From: Macrostomum lignano
Taxonomy: Eukaryota
Reading direction: 5' to 3'
NCBI GenBank assembly: GCA_002269645.1
Contig: NIVC01000730.1
Coordinates: forward strand, 124,001-188,000
DNA length: 64,000 nt
Shown: piece by piece, positions 51,197 through 62,504 of the stretch
How the letters are laid out: each line of letters starts with the position of its first letter
How positions within the stretch are numbered: the first letter of the stretch is position 1
Program-made: the position numbers and the translations under genes
Notes under the pieces: generated by a model
Seen by the model: only the letters and a program-made list of their open reading frames with translations
The model's database searches: none
Told to the model about the DNA's origin: nothing

Positions 51197-51882
51197 TCAC
51201 CTGTGCTCCACCTGTGTTTTTCAGTCAATTCCGATGAAATTTAACTCGCTTTTTTTACGCATGTCCCAGCTTTAAAATGACACCTCAGGCGTCGCCAAAG
51301 ACGCCTCCGTTCGTGAGATATTCGACTCGAAACATTGCTCGGCGTGTACAGACATTCACCTTGAGAAGTCAATTGCAGTCAATCTTGGCGAAACTTTAAT
51401 GAAGATATTTGATTCGAAACATTTCTCGCCGTTTAGTTCGAGCCATTATAAACTTTTGACCGAAACAGTAAATTCTATTTTTCGGTTTTTTGAATGGAGG
51501 CGAATCATCTGAATGATTGATAATTTTCGACAGTAAATATAATAATATTATTACATAACATTATAACATATTAATAATACGAGCGACAGTGTCACATCAT
51601 TATTCACTGACTTCCGCTTAAATTTTGGCATACCTGCAATTAAAAGGGCTTTTAATAAATGATGCAGTTATCAGATTGCCAGCGGAAACAAGTTTTAGAT
51701 GTCAATCTGGGAGCACGTTTTACAGACGGCGCTAGCAGCACTTCGGTCCCAACAGATTTTGTGGTGCCAGAAGAGGCAGGATGGACACTCAATCTAAATG
51801 ACGAAAACAATTGTGATATGTATATAATGACATTCTATACTCTATCTACCCTTTATACATTTTATAAATTATTAAAGTATAC

Positions 51883-54300
51883 TTATTTTTTATTTGCATG
51901 CAATTGAAACGCTTTTTCGATTACCCATTCAATGCGGCAACTCCGACCAGGTGGTTCTTCTTTTCCACAGTACTTGCATGTTGGTTGACTAGCCGCCTCA
52001 GAGAAGTTAAGCAGTGCAGTTTTTATTATTTTTCTTGCAGTCTCAAGCTTACGTTGGGTGCAGTTAACGATTATTGTACATTTGTCAAGAAGCAAACTGC
52101 GACCGAATAGGCAGGTGAAAACACCGCATGAGTAGGCGTCCTTCTGTTGAGTGCACATTCGATTAGCCAGGTTAAAGTGCTTATAGCGAAGGTGTTCAAG
52201 ATGAGGATGTGGCAGTGGACTCTCAAGTTCGGTGCCAGTCAGAAGTGCGCTATGGTACACAAGTAGTAAAAGAAACTTTAGCAATCTGTTTTCATGTGAA
52301 TTGAATTATTAAGTAGAGTAAGGTGAAATTAACTTTGTGACTTACTTAAACCGTGCTACACACTCTGCAGCTATCATACGCCTGGCGTTTGAATGCTGCA
52401 TCGAGTCTATGTAATAAATTTTCCGTTCGTCGCAGTCGATTGCGAGTGACCAAAAATGATTTTTTGTGAGCATCGGTACGATTATCCTTGCTGTGATCTA
52501 AGTGTGAATAGGAAAATCGCAGAAAGTCAATCCAAGCAACATGCCTCTATGCTACTTGCAATCTAATGATAGACTAGACACGTACGTCTCTTCCAACGAA
52601 GTAGTCCTGCAGGGAAGCTCGCTTCACGTCAGAACTATGTTCTGATAAATTGAGGAGAGCAAAGAAGTCGCTTTGTTGCATGACGACGCCATCAGATCCG
52701 CTTGCCACTGCAGCTAGGTAGCCGTACACGACCTGCAAGAACAATTTTGCAGTACATTAGGAGTAGGATGTTATGCAATTTAATTATCTGTCACTGAATG
52801 TTCTTACCGAATACTCAAGCCAGTTTTTCCCGTCCCGAGAGTTCAGTTGGTCCTCAGTGATCGGAGTTCCTCGGAAGTCCCGCAATGTCATAATTTTGAT
52901 AGCAGCTGAACCAGGAGGGTCCTGCGATGAAGCTTGAGTAGCTGACGGACGAGGAGGGTCCTGCGATGGAGCTTGAGTAGCTGACGGACGAGGAGGGTCC
53001 TGCGATGGAGCTTGAGTAGCTGACGGACGAGGAGGGTCCTGCGATGGAGCTTGAGTAGCTGACGGACGAGGAGGGTCCTGCGATGGAGCTTGAGTAGCTG
53101 ACGGACGAGGAGGGTCCTGCGATGGAGCTTGAGTAGCTGACGGACGAGGAGGGTCCTGCGATGGAGCTTGAGTAGCTGACGGACGAGGAGGGTCCTGCGA
53201 TGGAGCTTGAGTAGCTGACGGACGAGGAGGGTCCTGCAATGGAGCCTGCGTAGGACCTGGTGGCTTGCTTTGACTTTTTCGCCCGTATTTAGCTCTCTTT
53301 CTACTCCAGTGTTCCTCGGCTCCTTCAGCACTTTCAGAGTTTCTTTTTTGAGCTTTGCGAAATTGCGGATGTGACTTCACATGAGTCATAATTCTTGCTT
53401 CTGATATTCTTTCGTGAATAACTTTAGCATTAATGGTAGTAAATTTTCCCAGAGACAAAGGCAGTCCGTAGGATTCCTTTACTCTTTTGAACCAACTTTC
53501 AACGTGCGCATTAGATAACGGAGACTTCAACAATGAGCCTTTAAAGGCGTGACTCCATGTGCTGGCACTCCACAATGGCAGATACGCTAAGTAATGCGAT
53601 ATAAGCAGGCTTACGATATCAGGAAAAAACAAGAAATTTTCAGTGAAGCTCTCCATGGTTTCTTTTTCCTGCCTCAATTTTTGTATCACAGAATTTTGCA
53701 AATCGATGAAATAATCATAATACTTTGACCGCCTGTAGGCAGACTTTTCCCATTTTTCGTTTTCCCTGTCGATTATTTCTTGCTTTTCTTCATCATTTGC
53801 ATCATGAATTTGCTCCTCGAAGTGTTGAGACTTCTCTGCACCAGAATTTAATTGAGATCGAGCAGTAAGACAGCCTTCTGTGGTCTCAGACAGAAACACA
53901 GTCATCATATTGGTAATTATTTCTTTCACTTCTTCTATGCTTTCGAACGTTATGATTAAACTAAAGTAAGCAAGGAATGTCTCTCGGACATGTTTCGGTG
54001 TTTGTTTCCGCCTTAAATACCGACTTGCTGAATGCATTAAATGGTTCTTGCATAAAAATATGCCATACTTGTGTTCATATGTTTGTGACCTTTCAAAATA
54101 ATGAAAATGTAATCCAAGATAAGTTTCCAAGTCACACTGATGAAACTCTAAGCAGCTGTGAATAAGCGCCCACGAGAAATCGGTGACCCAAATAATAGGT
54201 ACATATGACCGTTGAAAACCAGAAACCATATTTAATAGATGATGCCTCACAAAAAGGCCCACAAGTGAAGGGACCGGAAAACAGAAAGGCACTCCAAATT
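51883..54300 (-). CDS. NOF/Foldback-like Mutator transposase fused to a Ulp1 protease, multi-exon, 5' part disrupted
   Basis: VTDFSWALI (Asp), CKNH (CxxH), SNAHVESWFK (Glu), AEEHW; downstream exons give NWL, NHFWSLAID..IYYIDS (His, Asp) and QQKDAYSCG (Gln, Cys), then CKYC. Confidence 0.75.
52914..53251 (-). repeat. 39-bp coding minisatellite, ~8.5 copies (QDPPRPSATQAPS)
   Basis: Near-identical tandem units in the linker between the transposase and Ulp1 regions. Confidence 0.97.
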
Positions 54301-55463
54301 TGGAGATGCCTGACAGAGAACGAAACAGAGGCAGGCCAGACCAAGCTGTCTGGGCACTGCAAAAGGGAAAACGAAACAAAAGGGGGCAAACGAGGACAAA
54401 CAGACAGACAGGCAAACGGGCAAGGGACAGGCCAGAAGACAGGCGGGAGGGACAGGCAACTGCCCAGCGGCAGACAGAAACCTGGGGCGAGGGCGAGGGT
54501 AACAGCTGACTAGTGCGGCGCCTAACTAAACTAGCGACTCACTACACAGACACTGAAAAGAAGCTTTGCAAAATTCTGCGGCTGCATCGCTAATGAGTAT
54601 CTATTGACAACAGTAAATGATCAAAATTGCAATCAAAAGGCGCCTTGAAAATGCAAATAACTATTTAAGAAAAACTGCTCTACCCTTTGAAAACAGCGCT
54701 GCAACCGGAGAAAAATCTACAGGAACCGCAAAAAATACCAAGTCACAGTTGCTCTATAAAACTGTTACAGGGGTCTTGGGGGAGGGAAGTTTTCCTATGC
54801 TGACACTAAATCTGTTGTAGGGTGAGGTTACTGACTCCTATTCTATCAAATTATCACAAGGGACTTAATTGGGGAATAAAGAGAGATGCAAATGTTACTA
54901 CTGACAGGAGTAAGCCGTGGGTTGCTCCTGGTGGCGTGAGTGTCCGAGCGGCAAGACACTGTCTATCTATATTTACTGGGATTAGTCCGAGTGAGGGCAC
55001 GCGGTATATCAGAGTTGCCTGGGATAAACGCACTAATGGGGGATTTCAATACCTAATGGGTAATTTCAGTATCTAATGGGGCATGTCAATATCTAATGGG
55101 GAATGCTGACATGGGATGCGAAATGGGCCTGATAGGGAAAGAGAATATCTAAGACTTGGGGTAAGTCGCTAGATATGCGCTACGACCGGGCGGCGTGTAC
55201 GTTGGGGGGAACGGGGGGGAAAAAGGAGATGGAGGGAGGCCTGACTGTACACTTGACTGGGGAAGGGATCAAGGAAGGGAGAACTCAGTTCTTTCAACGA
55301 GGGGGGGGATAGAGAGGAGATGTTCACCGGGAGGGGAGAAACGGTCGGGGCTTCTAAGGAATATGGCAGTTTATGGCCGCCCGTTAGCGGAGCCCATCCC
55401 ACGCTAAAAATAGCCCGTTAGCGGGGTCCGCCCCACGGTGGGGTGGGCTCCCTTAGCGCGGGC

Positions 55464-55565
55464 CAGCCCACAATGGTTAGGATATGCATAGAAATCTAGA
55501 ATCTAGATTTAGAAATCTAGAATCTAGTATTCTAGATTTCTATGGGATATGCCATTGCGGGGCTG
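55464..55565. repeat. ~100-bp imperfect palindrome built on TCTAGA units
   Basis: CAGCCCACAATGG...CATAGAAATCTAGAAT / ATTCTAGATTTCTATG...CCATTGCGGGGCTG. Confidence 0.8.
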
Positions 55566-55800
55566 TGGAGAAGCAGACGCCGGAACTTGACTCGCATTGG
55601 TTGTCAAGATACATGGCACTAATTCAAAAAAGATAAAAAAACTTTTTTTTGGCTTTATTGCGTGAGAACTGAATGCATTGACCTTGCCAGGGCGCTAAAA
55701 TGGGCGCCCAAAGGCTGAAATTGGCGCCGGTACATTAAACTTTGCGCCCAGAAGTAGCAAGCTGATATATGCTGTCACTTCTACGCCCGTTGGCACATTC

Positions 55801-57377
55801 CAGCGCTGATTTAGGGACCCTGGCGCCGATTTAGTGATCCTGGCGCCAAATTTGACTTTCGGCGCCAATTTGAGCTATCCTGCGCCAATTTGAGCTTTCC
55901 CGCGCCGATTTGAGCTTTCCAGCGCTGGTCCGGGCTTTATGGCGCTGATTTCAGCATTCCGGCGCTAATTTGGCGATCCTGGCGCCGATTTGGTGATCCT
56001 GGCGCCAAATTTGACTTGCAGCGCCAATTTGAGCCTTCCCGCGCCAATTTGAGCTATCCTGCGCCGATTTAAGCTTTCTAGCGCCAATTTGAGCTTTCAA
56101 ACGCTGGTTAAGGTCTTCTCAAGCTGATTTCAGCATTCCGGCGCTGATTTGGCGATACTGGCGCCGATTTGGTGATCCTAGCGCAAAATTTGACTTCCGG
56201 CGCCAATTTGAGCTTTTCCGCGCCAATTTAAGCTTTCCAGCGCTGGTCCGGGATTTTTGGCGCTGATTTCAGCATTCCAGCGCTGATTCGGCTATCCTGG
56301 CGCCGACCGGCGCTTATTTGGTGATCCTGGCGCCAAATTTGACTTCCAGCGCCAATTTGAGCTTTCTCGCGCCAATTTGAGCTATCCTGCGCCGATTTAA
56401 GCTTTCTAGCGCCAATTTGAGCTTTCAAACGCTGGTTAAGGTCTTCTCAAGCTGATTTCAGCTTTCCGGCGCAGATTCGGCGATCCTGGCGCCGATTTGG
56501 TGATCCTGGCGCCAAATTTGACTTCCGGCGCCAATTTGAGCTTTTCCGCGCCAATTTAAGCTTTCCAGCGCTGGTCCGGGATTTTTGGCGCTGATTTCAG
56601 CATTCCAGCGCTGATTCGGCTATCCTGGCGCCGATTTGGTGATCCTGGCGCCAAATTTGACTTCCGGCGGCAATTTGAGCTATCCTGCGCCAATTTGAGC
56701 TTTCCAGCGCTGGTCCGGGCTTTTTGGCGCTGATTTCAGCATTCCAGCGCTGTTTTGGCGATCCTGGCGCCGATTTGGTGATCCTGGCGCCAAATTTGAC
56801 TTCCAGCGCCAATTTGAGCCTTCCCGCGCCAATTTGAGCTATCCTGCGCCGATTTAAGCTTTCTAGCGCCAATTTGAGCTTTCAAACGCTGGTTAAGGTC
56901 TTCTCAAGCTGATTTCAGCTTTCCAGCGCGGATTCGGCGATCCTGGCGCCGATTTGGTGATCCTGGCGCCAAATTTGACTTCCGGCGCCAATGTGAGCTT
57001 TTCCGCGCCAATTTAAGCTTTCCAGCGCTGGTCTGGGATTTTTGGCGCTGATTTCAGCATTCCAGCGCTGATTCGGCTATCCTGGCGCCGACCGGCGCTT
57101 ATTTGGTGATCCTGGCGCCAAATTTGACTTCCGGCGCCAATTTGAGCTTTTCCGCGCCAATTTGAGCTATCCTGCGCCGATTTGAGCTTTCTAGCGCCAA
57201 TTGGAGCTTTCCAGCGCTGGTTAAGGTCTTCTAAAGCTGATTTCAGCATTCCGGCGCTGATTCGGCGATTCTGGCGCCGACCGGCGCTGATTTGGTGATC
57301 CTGGCACCAAATTTGACTTTGGGCGCCAATTTGAGCTTTCCCGCGCCAATTTGAGCTTTCCCGCGCTGTTTTGGGCT
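55801..57377 (+). repeat. GC-rich 20-21-bp minisatellite with higher-order repeats
   Basis: Units GCGCCAATTTGAGCTTTCC and GGCGCCGATTTGGTGATCCT; the marker CGCTGGTTAAGGTCTTCT recurs four times at irregular 325-460-bp spacing. Confidence 0.95.
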
Positions 57378-57666
57378 TTAAGGCATGGCTTCGGGGATCA
57401 GCGCAGATTTATATCTATTTGGCACTATAAAAATCAAAAGTGTCTTTTTTGGACTTGCTATTGTTGATTGTTTTGTTATTGATTATTTTTCAATAAGGTA
57501 TACTCCATCTAGATCACTATTTGCTGAGAGTTCAGGATCTACTAAATATCTTTACTCAGCAACATTGAAAAGTCACCACTCTATGCGCCAGTGAGTAATA
57601 TCTCTTGGACTATTTTAAAAATATAGATAAAAGATATGATATAAACTAATCGGGGTAGCTTTAATC

Positions 57667-57868
57667 CAGTGGTTCTCAATCTATGGGTCGCGACCCCCAG
57701 TGGGGTTGCGTGACCATTTTCTGGGGGTCGCAGCACGAAGAAATGTGTGAGTTTGTCATACATAATAATGCATTACATGTATATTGATTTTAAAAGGGGT
57801 CGCGAACATTAAAAAATGATGCGAGTGAATAAATTGGGGTCGCCTGAAAAAAAGGTTGAGAACCGCTG
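57667..57868. mobile_element. hAT (Charlie/MER20-like) MITE, 202 bp
   Basis: TIR CAGTGGTTCTCAA / TTGAGAACCGCTG; 8-bp TSD CTTTAATC; GGGGTCGCG subterminal motifs. Confidence 0.95.
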
Positions 57869-58919
57869 CTTTAATCCGTTCAACCCTCGCACACCGCTCC
57901 CCCACTTCATTCCTCAACTCAAGTCTGCCGCGTGGCGTAGCTGAGTTGCGTCACTCGCAAAGATTCAGAAACTTTACCTGCACTTTCAAAAGTGACGACC
58001 ACAGACTTCTGTGATGGCGACTTTTCGATGTTGCTGAGTGTATACGAAGTTACTACCTTGTTATTATAATTGAGTTATGATTTACTTTTACTACTTAATT
58101 GTGTAATGCCTTTGTCTTAATCTTTTACTCACTTGATGCACTGTTGCACTGTTAGTGTTGCCACACAGAATCGCCCATATCGCTTTTATCGCTTTTTATC
58201 ACCTTCCTCCAGGTCATTCAGTCATGCTACTCTCGTCCTACCCCCCTCTCTGTATCTCTACCTATTGTCCTATCTCGCGATCCTCTCCTTTACAGTACAT
58301 CACTCTTCTGATATTTCATCACCCTAACCTACAGGAGTAGGGGGGGGGGAGATGTGGCGCATGAGGGCGGGAATCAGAGTTTTCGCAGACGGAAATCTTC
58401 ATTATGAAGTTTATTAAGCCTTTGAATAGGCTTTTACCCCCCCCCCCCCAACTAAAACCGCACCTGCGTATAATCCCACAAGGTGTAGTATATTTAAACA
58501 CGCCGGAAGGAGCCAAACGAGACAAAGTCAGTTGCGAAAAGCAGGCAGCGGCCGAGAAAGCGGATCCCAGTGGATCAAGCGAGGCATTTATTCATTAGTT
58601 TAAACGAGTTAATATTTATTGGTTCGTAAAAAGGAAATAAAAAAATTGAGAAATGGCGGCGGAGCCAAGCCGGGCCGGGTGCAGAGGCTTTAAGCTGGCC
58701 GGCGCGGCCAACACCCCCACACCTCAACCCCCCGCCAAAGTACAGCGATATGTACAGCGGCACCCTCCGGCGCGTCTAACACCCCTTACTCAGAGAGTAA
58801 CGATTGCATTAAACACGCCGGAAGGAGCCAAACGAGACAAAGTCAGTTGCGAAAAGCAGGCAGCGGCCGAGAAAGCGGATCCCAACCCCAATGATGGGGA
58901 AGGGAAGGAGTAAAAGCGG

Positions 58920-59560
58920 GAAGGCAGTCAGGTGGACGCAGCCTGCAGCTGCGAAGCCATGAAAGAAGCAGAGCGCTGGCGGCGCGACAGGGCAGAGCTG
59001 GCAGAAAAGTAGCGGAGAACAGCGTCCGATCTCCAGCCCCCAAGAGCCCGAACGTCCGAATCTGACAAGCCGATTTGATGGCAGAAACTGGCACCCCCAC
59101 GTCGGATGCTGTGGCCGGAGAAACCAGCAGCTGGGAGGCCGCACGCAGCCAGACACGCACGAAGACAGCTGATGAACTGGCTGGCTGAGAGCTCGCCTCT
59201 CTGAGGCCGTAGCCAAAGAGTGGCGCCCTTGGGTCGCTGGTTGGTGACAGGTGCAGGTGAGACCGGAGGCTAGGCAGGCTAGAGAAAGACCGGAGCCGGG
59301 TGCTCACCAGGTGCGCAATGTAGCGGCAGAGCAGGTCACCGTCAGCTGGAGATGAAGGGCGGCCTGCGCTAACACAGAAGGCTTCCCAGGAGCGCAGCTG
59401 GCTGAGGTAGGATCGCCAGGAGTTCTCCGCCAGGCCGAGGCGGTACAGGTGTCCGGCAGACACAGCGCGGGGGCGGGCGGCGTCTCCGGAGGGCGAGGGC
59501 GACCTGCAAAAGGAGGCGAGATTGGGAAGCGGCAGAGAGCGCGTGCGACGCGAACTCAAG
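58920..59560 (-). pseudogene. Tyrosine recombinase, internally deleted and frameshifted
   Basis: LAENSWRSY...W..FC N-terminal domain, APLF, GVPVSAIK and WRSDAVLRY (catalytic Tyr) remain; the HxxR region is missing. Confidence 0.85.
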
Positions 59561-61309
59561 CGGGCAGATCACGAGCGTACGGTAGTAGCGGCAACAAAAG
59601 TTAATGAGCTCAGACTGCGAGGCAAACATGCGGGAGGCGGCATCAGCAAAAATCTGCATGCGACCAGGAAGGTGAAAGGCCTCCAAACTGATGCTGTTCC
59701 TGATGCACAGCAGAGCCACAGTCTGGTACACCTGCAGGAACCGCGGGTCACGACAGCTCAGCCGATTGATCATGCCAGCCGCAGCGGTGCTGTCGGTGTA
59801 GATGACAATCTTGCAGTTCTTTAGCTGAGAGCGACGGTGCAGGATGATCAGCAAAGGTGCCAGAGCCTCCTTGAAGTTGATATGAACATCCTTGAACACA
59901 CCACCGCAGTCCAGCTCCCAGTCGATGACACTCCAGAAACTCTCGGCACCCCAGATGACTGCGGCTGCTCCCGACCGGCTGCTGTCAGTCTCCATGGCAA
60001 ACTCCTCATCAAAGCGCGGCCACAAAGACACCGGGGGGAGCCGAGCCAGGGCTCTGAGCCACCAGGACAGGTTGGCGCGGGTCTCATCGGTCACCCAAAG
60101 CTTGCAGTCAACAGCAGTTGTCAGCCAGTCGAAGAGCGGACGCAGGAAGACTCTGACATGAGGGACAATCTGACAGAACCAGCCAAGCTTGCCAATCAGC
60201 TTCTGAGCAGAGCGCATGTGCACCCGAGTCTCCGAGCAGGTTTGAGTCAGCAGCTTTGTCGTCTCGAGAGCTTTCTCCTCGGGCAGCGACTTGGTGCCGG
60301 TAGCGGTGTTGATGCGCACGCCAAGGAAGTCGATGCATTGCGTAGGTCTGACAACCTTGTCCCAGTTGATGGCAAAGCCGAGGCGCTGCAGGATGTCCAG
60401 CAGGCAAATGAAAGCAGCGAAAGCTTCGGACTCGGATTTCCCAGCGACTGCCCAGTCATCCAGGTAGTTCACCGTAGCAGAAAAGCCAAGCCGGTGCATG
60501 TGCCGGGTAACGGCGGCTGAAAGACGGTGAAAAACTTCGCAAGCAGCTTTGGCGCCGAATGGAAGCCTGGTGTCGCAGAGCAGACTGTCCTGGCTGTCTG
60601 AGTCAAACCGCCAGGCGAGGCCGACGAGCCCGTAGTCAGCAGGCCTGATTGGCACGGACCTGTAGGCGCTTTTGAGATCAATTTTGGCCATGTAGTATCC
60701 CGGATGGAGATGACGAACAAGCTGCTGGACAGTGCAGTACTTGATGTGCTTCTGTTGGTCGTAGCAGTCGTTGACAGACTGGCCGGTCGGATAGGACAGG
60801 TCATGGATCAGGCGGACCCGCCCGTTGGACTTGGGAAGGGCACCGATGGGGTTGATTTTGATCGGGCCGCTCCACCGGATGTACCTCCCAAGGCGCAGCT
60901 CCTCCTCGACCTGGGCTTCCACAGCAGAGCGGTGCAGCAGGGCGGAGGCGTGGTTCTTGGACGAAGTCAAAGGTGGCTGGCCAGCATTGGTGAGAGCGAA
61001 ACCGTTGACAACGCCTTGCATCAGGAAGTCGCGGTCTGGGTCGTCGCTGAGCAGAGCACTCCAGGCGTCAGGTTGCAGGTCAGACGAGATGGGCAGCGAA
61101 GAAGTAAAAGCAGAAAAATCGGAATTAAAAGCAGAGCAGTCAGCTGGATAAAATGGCATCAGTTTTTTGCACTCGCACCGGTCACGTGACCCGGCAGCTG
61201 TCCGGTGAGTAATGACTGCGGCGACTGCGTGTGAGCGTGAGCCGGATGCGCTGCCAGGCAGCCTTGGATTTTGCAGACATGGCGGAACTTGCAGTTCTGG
61301 CGGTTGCAT
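59369..61309 (-). CDS. Reverse transcriptase / RNase H of the Ngaro element
   Basis: RLIHDLS, KIDLKSAY, LPFG, NYLDD, FLG, ETDSS, NFKEA and IYTDS motifs. Confidence 0.93.
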   Translation of the reverse strand: MQPPELQVPPCLQNPRLPGSASGSRSHAVAAVITHRTAAGSRDRCECKKLMPFYPADCSAFNSDFSAFTSSLPISSDLQPDAWSALLSDDPDRDFLMQGVVNGFALTNAGQPPLTSSKNHASALLHRSAVEAQVEEELRLGRYIRWSGPIKINPIGALPKSNGRVRLIHDLSYPTGQSVNDCYDQQKHIKYCTVQQLVRHLHPGYYMAKIDLKSAYRSVPIRPADYGLVGLAWRFDSDSQDSLLCDTRLPFGAKAACEVFHRLSAAVTRHMHRLGFSATVNYLDDWAVAGKSESEAFAAFICLLDILQRLGFAINWDKVVRPTQCIDFLGVRINTATGTKSLPEEKALETTKLLTQTCSETRVHMRSAQKLIGKLGWFCQIVPHVRVFLRPLFDWLTTAVDCKLWVTDETRANLSWWLRALARLPPVSLWPRFDEEFAMETDSSRSGAAAVIWGAESFWSVIDWELDCGGVFKDVHINFKEALAPLLIILHRRSQLKNCKIVIYTDSTAAAGMINRLSCRDPRFLQVYQTVALLCIRNSISLEAFHLPGRMQIFADAASRMFASQSELINFCCRYYRTLVICPLEFASHALSAASQSRLLLQVALALRRRRPPPRCVCRTPVPPRPGGELLAILPQPAALLGSLLC

Positions 61310-62274
61310 CCGGACTCGGAGTTGAAGCGCAGACAGATCGGCCTGGTTGCTGCCGGGATTTGCTGCTGGCTGGGCTGCTTAGCGAACGTGAACCGCAGGT
61401 TTCTGGGGGCGTTGAGGTGCTTGTGGTACAACTGAGGGGGCTCCTCACCCCACGCCATGCCCGACTCCGCCACCAGCCTCCGGTAGTCCTCGTCAAACTC
61501 CCAGATTACGGATTCCGGGTAGTCAGCAGCCAGCAGCTCTCCAATCTTGCTATTGTAGTCAAGGTAGCCAAGGACGTCAGTCAGGAGACCATCAGTGCTT
61601 CCAGCAGCCGCCGGGAGTTTTTCCTTGATCAGCTTTTGCAAGATGATCGAGTTGGCCGCGATCCACTGACCAGCAGAGATACTAGACAGCTTCGGCTCCT
61701 GCTTTCTGAATGTGAGCGAGCCATTCTCCATAGTGGCGACCAACTGCTCCTGACTGGCTGAGCCGGGTCCTCTGGCTAGCTTGATGTGGTCTCTGACGAG
61801 ATGCAACTTGCGAGTCGGAGCCTGGCAATTAGCGGCCTGAAGCTGAGCCGCCTCCCTCATCCCAGATTCAAAAACCTCGGGCAACTGCAGACTGGCATGT
61901 GCGTTATGCTCACTTGATGATGATGCTGGCTGGGGCTGAGCCGTCAAGCGCTGCTGAGTGTGAAGCCGTTGCTGAAGATCACGACGACGGCCTACCAGGA
62001 CTTTCAGTTCGAGCAGCTCTACCTCCTGCCGCAGCGCAGCCAGCCGGTCGCTCCCCGCCCCCGGAGGCGCCTCGCCCGCACTGACGATGCCGTCTTCGGC
62101 GTCCGGAGCAGAAGTCATCTCGGAGTTGTTGAAGTCTTCGTCAGGTTGCTCTAAACCGAGTGCAGTAGACAAGCGCTTGGAAAGCTGTTGTTTGCGGCCC
62201 GTAGTAGGCAGGCCTCTGTTTCGCAGCTCAGCCTTGAGTTGGCGCACGTTTAGTCGCTTTGGGCTGCCACTCAT
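61159..62274 (-). CDS. Ngaro Gag-like protein with SAP domain and CCCH zinc finger
   Basis: LNVRQLKAELRNRGLPTTGRKQQLSKRL (SAP); CLRFNSESGCNRQNCKFRHVC. Confidence 0.85.
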   Translation of the reverse strand: MSGSPKRLNVRQLKAELRNRGLPTTGRKQQLSKRLSTALGLEQPDEDFNNSEMTSAPDAEDGIVSAGEAPPGAGSDRLAALRQEVELLELKVLVGRRRDLQQRLHTQQRLTAQPQPASSSSEHNAHASLQLPEVFESGMREAAQLQAANCQAPTRKLHLVRDHIKLARGPGSASQEQLVATMENGSLTFRKQEPKLSSISAGQWIAANSIILQKLIKEKLPAAAGSTDGLLTDVLGYLDYNSKIGELLAADYPESVIWEFDEDYRRLVAESGMAWGEEPPQLYHKHLNAPRNLRFTFAKQPSQQQIPAATRPICLRFNSESGCNRQNCKFRHVCKIQGCLAAHPAHAHTQSPQSLLTGQLPGHVTGASAKN

Positions 62275-62504
62275 GACGGCGGCTAAGCAAAAAAATTGAG
62301 AAATGGCGGCGGAGCCAAGCCGGGCCGGGTGCAGAGGCTTAAGCTGGCCGGCGCGGCCAACACCCCCACACCTCAACCCCCGCCAAAGTACAGCGATATG
62401 TACAGCGGCACCCTCCGGCGCGTCTAACACCCCTTACTCAGAGAGTAACGATTGCAATAATGTTTGAAAGAATATTTGATGTTTGATGTTTGAATGTCTA
62501 ATGT

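Larger units (their letters stand above)
58494..62456 (-). mobile_element. Ngaro/PAT-type tyrosine-recombinase retrotransposon with split direct repeats
   Basis: A1 62289-62456, ORFs, B1 58809-58884, A2 58639-58808, B2 58494-58569; overlapping gag, RT/RNase H and YR frames; no TSD. Confidence 0.93.

Noticed and set aside
52888-53331. ORF with repeats of LHRRTLLVRQLLK
   Set aside because: It is an alternative frame of the 39-bp minisatellite.
43817-62299. Numerous short antisense and overlapping ORFs over the Gypsy and Ngaro coding regions
   Set aside because: They are shadows of GC-rich coding sequence and contain no motifs.
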